64,000 bases of DNA. It comes from a virus (taxonomy: Duplodnaviria; Heunggongvirae; Uroviricota; Caudoviricetes). The DNA is taken from the IMG/VR virus record IMGVR_UViG_3300047320_000132, positions 3,101-67,100 of that record. The stretch is one strand, 5' to 3'. The notes under the pieces were generated by a model, which saw nothing but the letters and a program-made list of their open reading frames with translations, did no database searches and was not told the origin of the DNA. Positions 1-9,561 of the stretch are shown in pieces (position 1 is the first letter of the stretch; every line of letters starts with the position of its first letter). The position numbers were made by a program, and so were the translations under genes.

Positions 1-537
1 CCAATCGCCATGATGGTTATACGCTAGTTGTGCGATTTCATCGTTGGTAACTTCAGAGTTTGACGATACATATACGTTTGGATAGTCTGTATAGCGCATC
101 GACCAGTCAAACGCAATTCCTTCATTCGCAAGGAACGGCGACTTACTATGGTTACGAATAACCCACTTCACATTCGGGTGAAGTTTTGCTAAGACATCGA
201 ACTTCTCTGGAACAACCCAGTAAGCTTCGATGATTACAACATTTGGTTTAAAGCGGGTAACTTCACGATCGATAGCGTTGTTATCTTCTACGTGTACGAT
301 TTCTGCTTCGTACCGGTCAGGCTCTTCATTGAGCATTTCAACCATAAAGCGTGCGCTGTTAAACAGGCCGCTCTCAAGCATACCCGAGCAGTTATATCCG
401 TCTTCGTTTGTATATTGGTTCTCTCTGTACTTGAGAATGAACTGAACTTTAATTGGCACGATTTCTCCTTGATTCTTCGGCGTTGATTGTTTGTTGAATA
501 GTACTCTCCGTATCCATTCTGTTAGTTTGTTGAGCAT
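1..537 (-). CDS. Putative glycosyltransferase (GT-B-like N-terminal domain), truncated by the window edge
   Basis: Not in the ORF track. Manual translation from ATG 537 stays open to base 1: MLNKLTEW...SARFMVEML...EDNNAIDREVTRFKPNVVIIEAYWVVPEKFDVLAKLHPNVKWVIRNHSKSPFLANEG. This resembles phage glycosyltransferases as I recall them. Confidence 0.55.
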   Translation of the reverse strand, partial: MLNKLTEWIRRVLFNKQSTPKNQGEIVPIKVQFILKYRENQYTNEDGYNCSGMLESGLFNSARFMVEMLNEEPDRYEAEIVHVEDNNAIDREVTRFKPNVVIIEAYWVVPEKFDVLAKLHPNVKWVIRNHSKSPFLANEGIAFDWSMRYTDYPNVYVSSNSEVTNDEIAQLAYNHHGDW

Positions 538-539
538 AA

Positions 540-1580
540 TTATCCTAGTTGTACGCCACCTGATGTGACTTTCATAAAATGACCGCTATAGGTTGCATTT
601 ACCCCATTACTATCCAGAGTTACTTCAGCACCACTACTATGTTTTAGGTCAATGACACTTGCGTTGAGTGTAACAGTTTGTTGCCCTTCGTAGTCTAGGG
701 TGATTTGTGACCCGTCCCACGTGGCTATGTGATTTCCGCCAAAATCAACTGTGACTTTTGTCCCGTCTTGGTACATCTTTGTTTGACCAACTATCTGAAT
801 GACGGCTCCACTGGTTCCATCTACAGTACGAGACATAGAACCCGCAGGGGCTTCTTCTCGGAATATGATAGATGAGGCAGATGGTAAAGACGTGACATTT
901 TGGTAATTAGTCTTTACTGCTTGTGCAAGTGCAACATCGCCATAATACAGGTTATATCCGTAATTTTCAATCTGTGCTGCGGAAGAAGTTGATGCATATC
1001 CAGTATAGCGGTACACTCTACCTTTAATGTTCTTGATGATATCAGAGCTTACATCGGTGAAGTGTTCAAAGTTTCTGGAAACGATACGAACTACGTCGTC
1101 CCATTTGGAGATGAAGATTTCAGCTAAGCGTGAGCTTCGAAAAAGCAAAGAACCGCCACGCAAGATAGCTAACATGCCTCCGCCGCTTGAACCTAGAATT
1201 CTGTCGCCAACTGCCATGTCTCCAGGCTTGTTAATGTCATTAATTGCATTGACGCCTTCAGGACTAAAGTTGCCGGTATCAGCGACGGGATCTCCGGAAT
1301 CGATATGCTTCGGAAATGCACTATCTACTGTCTGAGTCTTTGACATGAATAGAATAATCACCGGATATCCGAGGCCATACATGATAGCAACACGGTCTCC
1401 CATTACGGGCGTAACACGGTCGCCAGCTCTGCTGGAACCACCGGATGGCTGGCCCCATTGGACTTGATCCAAGTTCTGGCCCCGAACAGTTTTTACCTTG
1501 CAAAAACCTCTGGTCACGTCAACTTCAGTGACAAAGCCTTCGTCAAAGTTGGAATCAATTCTTGACGGATTGTTAAACAT
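540..1580 (-). CDS. Baseplate central spike (gp5/gpV/VgrG-like OB-fold plus beta-helix)
   Basis: N-terminal EGFVTEVDVTRGFCKVK...GDRVAIMY OB-fold pattern; C-terminal short beta-strand repeats; lies in the tail operon. Confidence 0.7.
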   Translation of the reverse strand: MFNNPSRIDSNFDEGFVTEVDVTRGFCKVKTVRGQNLDQVQWGQPSGGSSRAGDRVTPVMGDRVAIMYGLGYPVIILFMSKTQTVDSAFPKHIDSGDPVADTGNFSPEGVNAINDINKPGDMAVGDRILGSSGGGMLAILRGGSLLFRSSRLAEIFISKWDDVVRIVSRNFEHFTDVSSDIIKNIKGRVYRYTGYASTSSAAQIENYGYNLYYGDVALAQAVKTNYQNVTSLPSASSIIFREEAPAGSMSRTVDGTSGAVIQIVGQTKMYQDGTKVTVDFGGNHIATWDGSQITLDYEGQQTVTLNASVIDLKHSSGAEVTLDSNGVNATYSGHFMKVTSGGVQLG

Positions 1581-1596
1581 TATTTATAACCTCGTT

Positions 1597-1605
1597 TGGT
1601 ATAAG
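1597..1605 (+). promoter_or_regulatory. TGGTATAAG promoter motif (representative of a family)
   Basis: Exact copies at 1597, 3641, 4096, 11190, 26838, 33360, 44091, 44168, 44657, 50113, 53698, 55231, 55844, 59189; variants at 27583, 28872, 61499. All on the plus strand upstream of genes. Confidence 0.8.
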
Positions 1606-1625
1606 TATTATAGGAGAACTTTATT

Positions 1626-2465
1626 ATGATCGTACAACCTATTTCCGACCTCCACCTCGACTGTCTCAACGAGATGCACCTTGAACAGGTGATGGAGAAC
1701 ACTATCAACCCCAAGGCAGATGTCATCATCCTTGCAGGGGACACCTGCGAACATGCAGAGATCCAACTGCTGAAAGACTTCGTAGGACAGACCTCAAAGC
1801 CCTTCTATATAGTGGCTGGTAATCACGAATATTGGGGCGACGTCAATTGCAAAGAATTCATCCCTTGGTTCAAGAAACAGCTTGAGCACTTTCCTCATGT
1901 GAAAGTCCTTGAGAACGATCACGTCGTTATCGACGATGTGGTTATTTTTGGAGGAACCCTTTGGACGAATCTGCGGAATCCGATCAATGCCAACATGATC
2001 AGACAATACATGCGTGACTTTGTTCGATCTCCCGGTCTCACCACCGATTTCACGAATGACAAGCACGAGGAAACTGTTGAGTATATCCGTCAGTGTCTGC
2101 ACTTGGAGCAGTGGAAAGATTTGAAGAAAATTGTCGTTACGCATCACGGCCCTTCTTTTAAAGCTGTCGATGATTTCTACAAGTTCGATACTGCGAACTG
2201 TGGCTATCAAAGCAACCTGGATTATATCCTGGAAGCTGAGTGGGCACCAGAAGTTTGGATCCACGGCCACAGCCATATGAAGATGGATCGCAGATTGGGG
2301 AATACCCGTGTAATCCGCAACCCAATGGGCTATAAATCGTACGGTGAAATGACAACTGGTTTTGATCCCAAGTTTTTGATTAATACCGATGATTTGACAA
2401 CCGTTGATAAGTATCACCGTTCCATTATTGACATCTGGAATGAATTTGAAGACCAGTTCAAATAA
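1626..2465 (+). CDS. Calcineurin-like metallophosphoesterase
   Basis: Motifs SDLH, AGD, GNHE, THH, HGHSH. Confidence 0.9.
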   Translation: MIVQPISDLHLDCLNEMHLEQVMENTINPKADVIILAGDTCEHAEIQLLKDFVGQTSKPFYIVAGNHEYWGDVNCKEFIPWFKKQLEHFPHVKVLENDHVVIDDVVIFGGTLWTNLRNPINANMIRQYMRDFVRSPGLTTDFTNDKHEETVEYIRQCLHLEQWKDLKKIVVTHHGPSFKAVDDFYKFDTANCGYQSNLDYILEAEWAPEVWIHGHSHMKMDRRLGNTRVIRNPMGYKSYGEMTTGFDPKFLINTDDLTTVDKYHRSIIDIWNEFEDQFK

Positions 2466-2477
2466 TCGAGGTGTACT

Positions 2478-2690
2478 GTGGCGAAAAAAGAAAACTTTTG
2501 TCTCCAGTGTGGGGTTACCCAATCCGATTGGAATCTCCTCCAGCAAGGAAAGCTCGTAGTAATAGGAGAAGTTCGAGATAACGGTGTCACCTGGTTCAAT
2601 CGAAATCCCCATGCGTGGCCTCTTGGAACCCTGATTTATGCACAGGAAGTGAATGTCAAACCCAGAGCCGAAACCGAAACGGACGCGTGA
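2478..2690 (+). CDS. Hypothetical protein
   Basis: ORF with gagg SD, in a plus-strand cassette. Confidence 0.55.
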   Translation: MAKKENFCLQCGVTQSDWNLLQQGKLVVIGEVRDNGVTWFNRNPHAWPLGTLIYAQEVNVKPRAETETDA

Positions 2691-2758
2691 AAAGAAGCGT
2701 ATCCGTAAGTTGCTTAGAGAACAGTTACCACAACCAAAATCCGATAAGGAGAAAAAGA

Positions 2759-3229
2759 ATGACCGAAGACCAAGTTAAGGCGATTTTCCTGCTGGCGAAT
2801 GTGAAGTATAAAGCCCTTATCCAGACAGAGAATGAGTACTGGCCTAAAGCGTATGTCGAGGAGATCAAAAGTGATCCGTGGTGGCTTGTCGCAACTGATT
2901 TCGGCATAGTCAAGATCGGCTGGCGCAAACGGGTTATTAACATCGATTGGTCAGACACTAAAATGCGTCTTAGATCGACATTCAGTTATGACGATTTCGA
3001 ATTTTGGGAACGTGGACTTACTCAGGATGACGTCACGAAATGGGAGACGGGTATTCATGCATATGGCTATGGTAAAGCCATTGATTATCTGAGGGAGTTG
3101 GAGGTGCGGTCTAGACAATGGACTTACGCACACAGCGAAGAAGGGAAGAAAGAACTCGTTGAGCGTCGTATCAGAGATGAGAAGTACAAAGCTGAAAAGG
3201 CTGAGAAAGAAGCAAAACAGACCGCGTAA
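2759..3229 (+). CDS. Conserved phage hypothetical protein (probable start MTEDQ)
   Basis: ORF 2615..3229; aggag SD upstream of ATG 2759; PWWLVATDFGIVKIGWRKRVINIDW segment. Confidence 0.65.
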   Translation: MTEDQVKAIFLLANVKYKALIQTENEYWPKAYVEEIKSDPWWLVATDFGIVKIGWRKRVINIDWSDTKMRLRSTFSYDDFEFWERGLTQDDVTKWETGIHAYGYGKAIDYLRELEVRSRQWTYAHSEEGKKELVERRIRDEKYKAEKAEKEAKQTA

Positions 3230-3347
3230 ATAAAAATCCCGGCATTGCACCGGGATGAATTCTCAGTAGAAAGGAGCGAAACAACTGAGAAGCGGAAGTT
3301 GTTCTAATTATTCTTTGAAGAATGTATTCAAATTTTAACACACTAAC

Positions 3348-3593
3348 ATGGGGTTTACAATGAATAACCGTGAACGCTGGGCTATGATTCTCTTAATAGT
3401 CTATACGATGTTCTATCTGTACACAGGACTCGTGGCTTTTTTGGAACACATGTACATTCACGCTGCTATTCGAGCGGCTTATGTATCGATCGCAGTGTGG
3501 TGTATTCGGGGCATCAATCACACAGTAGAGCATCGTGAAGATGTCTTTCAAAAATGGAAGGCGGAATATCAACGTCGACACTTCGTCGGCTAA
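3348..3593 (+). CDS. Small membrane protein (2 TM)
   Basis: Two hydrophobic segments; followed by a terminator. Confidence 0.6.
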   Translation: MGFTMNNRERWAMILLIVYTMFYLYTGLVAFLEHMYIHAAIRAAYVSIAVWCIRGINHTVEHREDVFQKWKAEYQRRHFVG

Positions 3594-3695
3594 AGGAATG
3601 CCCGGTTAGTACGACGGGCTTTTTTTAGACTGCCTAATTTTGGTATAAGGTATATAGTAACACCAGTAGTTTACTTGTTATAAGGAGGGAACACG

Positions 3696-4040
3696 ATGTT
3701 GGCTCCATATGTAAAAGTAAGGGTGAGTACTGATGGCCGAGCCAAACTAATCTCGTTTGAGATACCTGGAGTTACTCTTCAGTTGTTGCAGGAAGAAGGG
3801 AAGCCTCTGCAGGCGTTCGGAGAAGGACCTGAGCATTCCGTTGAGAACCTTGTCCACGCTGCAAAATACGCTATCGATATGCAGATGGCGCAAATAGCCG
3901 GAGCACGTTATTCAAAACCTCGAATAGATGCATTAGAACAGGTTAAAAGATACATGGATGCGTTACTCACCCATAGTGCTATTGAGATTCTAAAGCATCG
4001 TCCGACGGTTAAAAGAAGGGTTGCAATGACCGTTCAATAG
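3696..4040 (+). CDS. Hypothetical protein
   Basis: Own TGGTATAAG promoter (3641), aggagg SD and terminator. Confidence 0.7.
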   Translation: MLAPYVKVRVSTDGRAKLISFEIPGVTLQLLQEEGKPLQAFGEGPEHSVENLVHAAKYAIDMQMAQIAGARYSKPRIDALEQVKRYMDALLTHSAIEILKHRPTVKRRVAMTVQ

Positions 4041-4155
4041 AGGTATTGAAATAGCCCAAAGTATCGGGCTATTTTTAAATTCCTGATGTCCAGACTGGTA
4101 TAAGTAATGTAGAGGAATATACCTCTTTTCATAACTATCTTTGAGGACTACGACC

Positions 4156-4500
4156 ATGAAACTCTTTTGCGAAATCGGCTTTTACGGCTATGTCGTTATC
4201 ATGTTTTTGCATTTTATGATCCAGAACTTCCTGGCTCACAAATACCCCGAGATTGCGGCTTTCCAGAAGGAAGCCTACAGCAATCCCGACGTTCTGGAGG
4301 TATCAAGACAGATTATCCACAACGGGCCTATCTTCGTTCAGCCGTGGTTTTTCCTGTCGATGAACTTCGTGGTGATGATTCTACTCATCTGTATGGGCAT
4401 TAAGGCTCAAGTCACCGTGTTGGCATGGGTTGCCTTCATGGCAGCAGCAATGTACATGTACATCTCTCTGTGGAACAGGGTGAAATACCTGTGGGCATAA
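4156..4500 (+). CDS. Membrane protein (about 3 TM)
   Basis: Own promoter (4096); gagg SD before ATG 4156; hydrophobic segments. Confidence 0.7.
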   Translation: MKLFCEIGFYGYVVIMFLHFMIQNFLAHKYPEIAAFQKEAYSNPDVLEVSRQIIHNGPIFVQPWFFLSMNFVVMILLICMGIKAQVTVLAWVAFMAAAMYMYISLWNRVKYLWA

Positions 4501-4517
4501 AGCCCCCACAGAAAAGA

Positions 4518-4547
4518 AAAAGCCCAGTTTAACCCGGGCTTTTTTTT
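4518..4547. terminator. Bidirectional intrinsic terminator
   Basis: aaaaagccc...gggctttttttt between convergent genes. Confidence 0.75.
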
Positions 4548-5223
4548 AGCTGTTGAAGCTTACTGGAACTGGTCGATCAAACTGAATCGAGACGTTTTCC
4601 GCGATGACTGGCTGTGCGCTTGCCACTGCAAAACTGTAGTTCTGGAACATACAGTATTCAAGGTACAGACCGGCTAGAGCCTGACCAAAACCATCTGAAC
4701 CACCTCCACGAGTCTTGAACACCATCAGAAGACCGAACGGAACTGCAAACGTTTCCGAGTCAAGGTTCATCTGGATGTACGTATTCGGAGCATCAGCCCC
4801 AGCCGAACTAAACCCACCATTGTCCATTGCAGGACGATAAGCTTGTTGCGAAAGCGCAAACAGAACGTTACCCTGGTCAGCCAGGAACTTAGAAAGTGAA
4901 ATTGCGTGTTGGGTCTTTCCGCGCGTGAAGAACGAACGGTTTGAACCGATTTCAAATAGACGTGCGAGACCAGCATCTGCGCTCATTTGAATGTTATCTG
5001 TAAGACCTATAGGGATGAGGTCGCCCACACCGCCTGAAAGGCCAGTAAAACGTGCCGGTCCTGCGAACAGGGCGGTTGTGTCTGGAGATGCTGAGAATTG
5101 TGAGAAACGCTCGTAACCGTCTTGGTTCAGGCGACTCATGTACTCATTTTTCCAGTCCCATCCTAGGCCGAATCCGGCTTCTTGGACGGTTGTTAGACGA
5201 TCGTTTGTCGGATCTGCTGCCAT
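4546..5223 (-). CDS. Tail tube protein
   Basis: 225 aa directly downstream of the sheath; IGLTDNIQMS...LFEIGSNRSFF...G and YLEYCMFQNYSF tube-like patterns. Confidence 0.7.
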   Translation of the reverse strand: MAADPTNDRLTTVQEAGFGLGWDWKNEYMSRLNQDGYERFSQFSASPDTTALFAGPARFTGLSGGVGDLIPIGLTDNIQMSADAGLARLFEIGSNRSFFTRGKTQHAISLSKFLADQGNVLFALSQQAYRPAMDNGGFSSAGADAPNTYIQMNLDSETFAVPFGLLMVFKTRGGGSDGFGQALAGLYLEYCMFQNYSFAVASAQPVIAENVSIQFDRPVPVSFNS

Positions 5224-5310
5224 GTTAATAATCCTTAATATGTGAATTCTTGGTACAGGTAGCCGAACGACACTGTACTCTACGGTTGTATTTTAATTGT
5301 ATTTAGAAAT

Positions 5311-5342
5311 AAAAAAGCCCAGATTTCTCTGGGCTCTTTTTT
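5311..5342. terminator. Intrinsic terminator after the sheath gene
   Basis: aaaaaagcccag-atttct-ctgggctctttttt. Confidence 0.7.
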
Positions 5343-5355
5343 AGCTGTGAGTTGA

Positions 5356-7992
5356 TTAGATAATCAAGTACAGGTTGATGTAATTCATAGGATAAACGAC
5401 CGAAATATTCAGATTGATAATCACGCTATCCTTGTTATTCGGATCTTGAGCAAGGCTCGCAATCTTGTAACCCAGAAGAGGAGCACCGATCTTCGGCAAC
5501 TTCTGACCCATTACCAGTTGTGAAGCTGAAATAATCGTCTGACGAAGAGTATTCAAGCTATCTGGGGTAATATTCCACTTACCGATAAACGAAGCCAGTT
5601 GCTCGGCGTAGAAATAGCTGAGCCAATCCCAATTCTTAACAACCAACAGTTCACGATACTCAAGTACCGACATATCTGTAGTCAGTTCATGACGGACGTA
5701 AGGGATAGAACCTTGAGTTTGTTGGACAAACAGGAACGTACCAGCAGCGGCCATCGTGTTCATTTGAGCACGCGTGAAGTAGAAGTTCGAATACTTCAGA
5801 TCCGCAATTCCAGCAACGCCAACGTTAGTAAAGCCTTGTTGTACCGGGAATCCAGCAACCATGCCACCAAGTGCAGCGCACAGGTAATAGCCAGGCAGAT
5901 ACTTAACAACGCCATTCACAGTAATACCAACGGTATCCGGTTGAACGTGAGTAATACGCTTGTCAGTGAACGTCGTGCTTGCACCAGCTACAGCAGCGGC
6001 TTTTTGAGTCTTCGTCAGCGTACGAGCAACGTAGTAGCTAACAGCAGTCGCAGTACCAGTAGCAGCCACAACAACTTGCTGATTGCTCAGCACTTGCTGA
6101 ACTTGCAGCGAACCAACTTGCGTCGGGCTACCAGTAGCAGCCGTAACGACAACTGAGTCACCCGGAACAACGCCATCAGACATGAACGTAGCATTCGATG
6201 CAGTCAACACGTAGTTACCATTGATAACCGTAATTGTGTTGTTGCCACCGTTTGCGTTCACGAAACCTGACGAGTAAGGGCCAATGTTCTGAGTCGTCGG
6301 GATTGCAGTATTAACCAGAGCTACGCGCCATGCAGCCATCTGCGGAGTTGACATTTGGTCAACGTGAGCCTGAAATAAAGCCAGGATATCCGTTTCTTGC
6401 GTCAGCGGAACCAGGGCGTACAGGGTGTGACCTTCAGCCAATTCCAAAGCGGTTTCATAACCAATCAGGTCATTGCTCGGTACAGCGATAACGTTGATTT
6501 GCGTTGTCGTGTTAGCCATACAAATAACCGAAGCCAGACCCAGCGGGTTCATATCAGAAGTATCGCCAAGAATACCTGTGATGTCACCAGTCGTCGTCAG
6601 AACTTGGATCGTCCCTGACAGATCGGTACGCAAAGCACGATATGCGAAGTGAACTTCACCAGTCACAACACGACCGTAGATGATGAACGGATTAGGTTCA
6701 ATCGAAATCTGGCCAGTCGTAGGCGCATTCGAAGCATCGTAGTTGGTAGTACCAGTGCTAGGATTCGTTTGCGGCAGAAGCTGATTGTTGTAAACCTTGC
6801 GAGTCTTAACCGTGAACAGAGCCTTCTTGATTACGACAGCACCAGCGCCTACGGCAGTACCGACAGCAGGAGAAATCGTAAGGACGTTCGTTGATACAGC
6901 ACTCACCGTAGCTACGAGGTCAGCATTGTTTGCACCAGCGCCACGAATAAGGATAGTGTCACCGACGATAATGCCAGTTGCGGAAGCAACAGTAACCGAA
7001 GTAGCGCCTTGAGTCAGCGTACCGGGAACAGTCGTTTGAACGCTCAGATCAGCCGGAAGCACGTCAGTCGTGTTCAGGGTAATAAGAGTCGAAGTCGGGT
7101 TTACAACTGCAGTGACAGTCGTATTAAACGTTTTTGCTACAGAAGAAGTATTCGTGTAGTCGATTTCGATTGCATCACCTGGTTCAACCAGAAGAGTCGA
7201 AGTCGTTTGGTTAACGTTAGAAACCGTTGCTTTCGTGATAGCACCTGACGTAACAGCCGTACCAGCTTGAGCCGAAATCGTGAACGTCGTTCCCGAAATG
7301 TTCGAAATCGTAGCCGTCAGATTAGCACCACTAGCGCCTGCGCCAGCAATGGTGATGATATCGCCGATAACGAAACGCGTAGCATTGGTAACAGCCGTAA
7401 CTGAAGCCGAGCCAACCGTAGTCGTACCCGTGCCAACAGGAGCTGAAATATCCAGTTCGTTAGAACCAGAATAACCCAGGAAGCCGCTAACCAGCGTTTC
7501 GATTTTTGCGTTGTTCAGATAGACTTGTACAGAAGTCGGATCCACAACTTGGCCTGGCAGCGAACCAGGAATACCAAAGGTGTTAACTACACCGGAGTTG
7601 CTGATAACAGCAGTTTTCGTAACAGTAACATTGCTTACAGTAGTGCCTGCAGCAGTATCTGTCGTAGCTGTGAAGCCAGACACAGAAAGGACGGTTGCGC
7701 TAAGAGTACTACCCGTTGTGGAAGCACCTGGGATAAGCAGAACGTCGCCAATAGCGAAAGGAACCGGAGTGGTAAAAGTAACCACTGCAGAACCAAGCGT
7801 CATGCTACCAATTGCATTCAATGCAGGGACAGCTGCAGTTTGAATAAGGGATGCCGTCGAACCCGCGACGTAGCTAACTACGTTATAAGCAGGTCCAATA
7901 AGGCATACTTCCAGATCAGGCGTAGTGTTAGCAACACCGCCAGAACTTTGGAGTTGTTGATAAACGAGTACTGATGGAATTACATATGACAT
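5356..7992 (-). CDS. Tail sheath protein with inserted repeat domains
   Basis: C-terminal sheath core (YLPGYYLCAALGG, YVRHELTTD, FIGKWNIT, NYINLYLII); MSYVIPSVLVYQQ N-terminus. Confidence 0.85.
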   Translation of the reverse strand: MSYVIPSVLVYQQLQSSGGVANTTPDLEVCLIGPAYNVVSYVAGSTASLIQTAAVPALNAIGSMTLGSAVVTFTTPVPFAIGDVLLIPGASTTGSTLSATVLSVSGFTATTDTAAGTTVSNVTVTKTAVISNSGVVNTFGIPGSLPGQVVDPTSVQVYLNNAKIETLVSGFLGYSGSNELDISAPVGTGTTTVGSASVTAVTNATRFVIGDIITIAGAGASGANLTATISNISGTTFTISAQAGTAVTSGAITKATVSNVNQTTSTLLVEPGDAIEIDYTNTSSVAKTFNTTVTAVVNPTSTLITLNTTDVLPADLSVQTTVPGTLTQGATSVTVASATGIIVGDTILIRGAGANNADLVATVSAVSTNVLTISPAVGTAVGAGAVVIKKALFTVKTRKVYNNQLLPQTNPSTGTTNYDASNAPTTGQISIEPNPFIIYGRVVTGEVHFAYRALRTDLSGTIQVLTTTGDITGILGDTSDMNPLGLASVICMANTTTQINVIAVPSNDLIGYETALELAEGHTLYALVPLTQETDILALFQAHVDQMSTPQMAAWRVALVNTAIPTTQNIGPYSSGFVNANGGNNTITVINGNYVLTASNATFMSDGVVPGDSVVVTAATGSPTQVGSLQVQQVLSNQQVVVAATGTATAVSYYVARTLTKTQKAAAVAGASTTFTDKRITHVQPDTVGITVNGVVKYLPGYYLCAALGGMVAGFPVQQGFTNVGVAGIADLKYSNFYFTRAQMNTMAAAGTFLFVQQTQGSIPYVRHELTTDMSVLEYRELLVVKNWDWLSYFYAEQLASFIGKWNITPDSLNTLRQTIISASQLVMGQKLPKIGAPLLGYKIASLAQDPNNKDSVIINLNISVVYPMNYINLYLII

Positions 7993-8069
7993 ATTTGTTT
8001 CCTAAAAGGATTTTGTTACCTGCAGCCACATGGCTACAGGCGAGAATCTTGACACATTATGCTGGTATT

Positions 8070-8675
8070 TTAGCTTAAATTAACGCCGTCGGCTTGCATG
8101 TTAATAACGAAGCTTTTGATCTTGATACTGTCGTTTTTAACCTGCCATTCCTCTTCTTTCATGTAAGGTACAGAAATAGAAACCCTGAATTTACCGTTGG
8201 TTTCAGATCCGTCATACTCACAAGAACTTACTGACAGAGGAGAAGCGAAGTCTTTAAAGCCTTGTGTTTCGCATAGGTACGGACGTGACCAAAGCAAAAA
8301 GTGTTGAACCATGTCCGTCAAAATTTCACAGCTGCCTTGCTGGGCTGCTTCTATGATTATAGACGCCTGGCCCGAGTAGATAACGAAGTTTTTGATATCT
8401 TTCAAACCAAATGTTTCAGACATTGTTTTGCCAGACGACATATTGTCCGTAAGCGAAAACTTGTTTACTGAGTAAGAGCCTCTATCAACGAGAATCCGAG
8501 GACGCTCATTGAACGGAATCTTGTGCATATTATTAGAATAATCCAGTTCTACCGAACGTTTCTTTTCGTCGGGATCCCAGTGGAAATGACTAGGATCCGT
8601 ATAAGTACTAAAAAAATAACGAAGAGGACCGAGGATTAAAGAGCTTAGATCTACGGGACTAAAAAATTGGCTCAT
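8070..8675 (-). CDS. Putative tail completion/terminator protein
   Basis: Lies between neck and sheath genes; PRILVDRG motif. Confidence 0.5.
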   Translation of the reverse strand: MSQFFSPVDLSSLILGPLRYFFSTYTDPSHFHWDPDEKKRSVELDYSNNMHKIPFNERPRILVDRGSYSVNKFSLTDNMSSGKTMSETFGLKDIKNFVIYSGQASIIIEAAQQGSCEILTDMVQHFLLWSRPYLCETQGFKDFASPLSVSSCEYDGSETNGKFRVSISVPYMKEEEWQVKNDSIKIKSFVINMQADGVNLS

Positions 8676-9559
8676 GCTGGGTAAGGCTCCAAATATTGCG
8701 TTGGGAAGTCTGGTAGGTTACGAGTTACAAGTTGATACTCAACATCTCCCTTGCTAAGTTGAATCAAGGTAGTCATTTGTCTTACGACATTGCCTTGAAG
8801 CTCAGTGGTTGCAATTTTACCAACTTCGTAAATGTTCCAGTCGCCTGTCCGAACGATAACATCTCCAAGACGAATATCAGGCATAGAGATAGTCCACGCT
8901 CCAATTGTGTTTTCTTCGTCGTGGCCGATATAGGTTTTGACTTCCTGGTTAGGTGTCGGATCGTATTGTAGATACAAGCGTACAGGATCAAAAAATCCGC
9001 CCTGGAACGACGTTCCCAAGCATTGAGGACAATGATCGTCAGTTACCTGCTCAGTAGTAGGGTTCCAGCAGCGAGTGCAACGCATTCCATAAGTCTTTTT
9101 GCGGAATAGGTAAGAGCTGATACCTGCAAAACGGCTAAGGAGCCAGTATTCCCTGCGCTGAATTTCAATTGCTCGCAAAGTGACCCAATTGCGTTGGTAT
9201 GTATTCCAGCTGACTGGATCAGATCTAAGGGCAACATTATTTTTACTTGTAAGGATTGCTTCAACAACATAGTAGCCCTTGTTGTATTTAGAGTATTCTT
9301 GTGTTGTAGTATCGGCAAACGTGGTTCCAGTAATAGGAGTTGAGTTTAGCTTTACAAAACCGGTATCCTGAACTGAAGAGAAATAAACGTCGAATAGGCA
9401 ATTGCCAAAGGAAGCCGGTACAGACCACTCCACGGTCACCTGTTTGAACCACTGTGGGTAGACCTTGACTTGTATAGCCGAAGCCCTCCTAGCCGTTTCT
9501 AGGGGCAACTGACGGGTTTGAATGAGGAACCCTGGGGTGACTGAGAAGTTGAATGCCAT
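8672..9559 (-). CDS. Putative head-closure/neck protein with Zn finger and FN3-like N-terminus
   Basis: CTRC...CPQC; GDVIVRTGD...YEV; synteny. Confidence 0.5.
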   Translation of the reverse strand: MAFNFSVTPGFLIQTRQLPLETARRASAIQVKVYPQWFKQVTVEWSVPASFGNCLFDVYFSSVQDTGFVKLNSTPITGTTFADTTTQEYSKYNKGYYVVEAILTSKNNVALRSDPVSWNTYQRNWVTLRAIEIQRREYWLLSRFAGISSYLFRKKTYGMRCTRCWNPTTEQVTDDHCPQCLGTSFQGGFFDPVRLYLQYDPTPNQEVKTYIGHDEENTIGAWTISMPDIRLGDVIVRTGDWNIYEVGKIATTELQGNVVRQMTTLIQLSKGDVEYQLVTRNLPDFPTQYLEPYPA

Positions 9560-9561
9560 AT

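Noticed and set aside
1794-2612. 272-aa minus-strand ORF
   Set aside because: Antisense to the clear metallophosphoesterase
5599-7974. Several long plus-strand ORFs antisense to the tail sheath
   Set aside because: Shadow ORFs produced by the codon bias of the real minus-strand gene; no SD and no protein-like motifs
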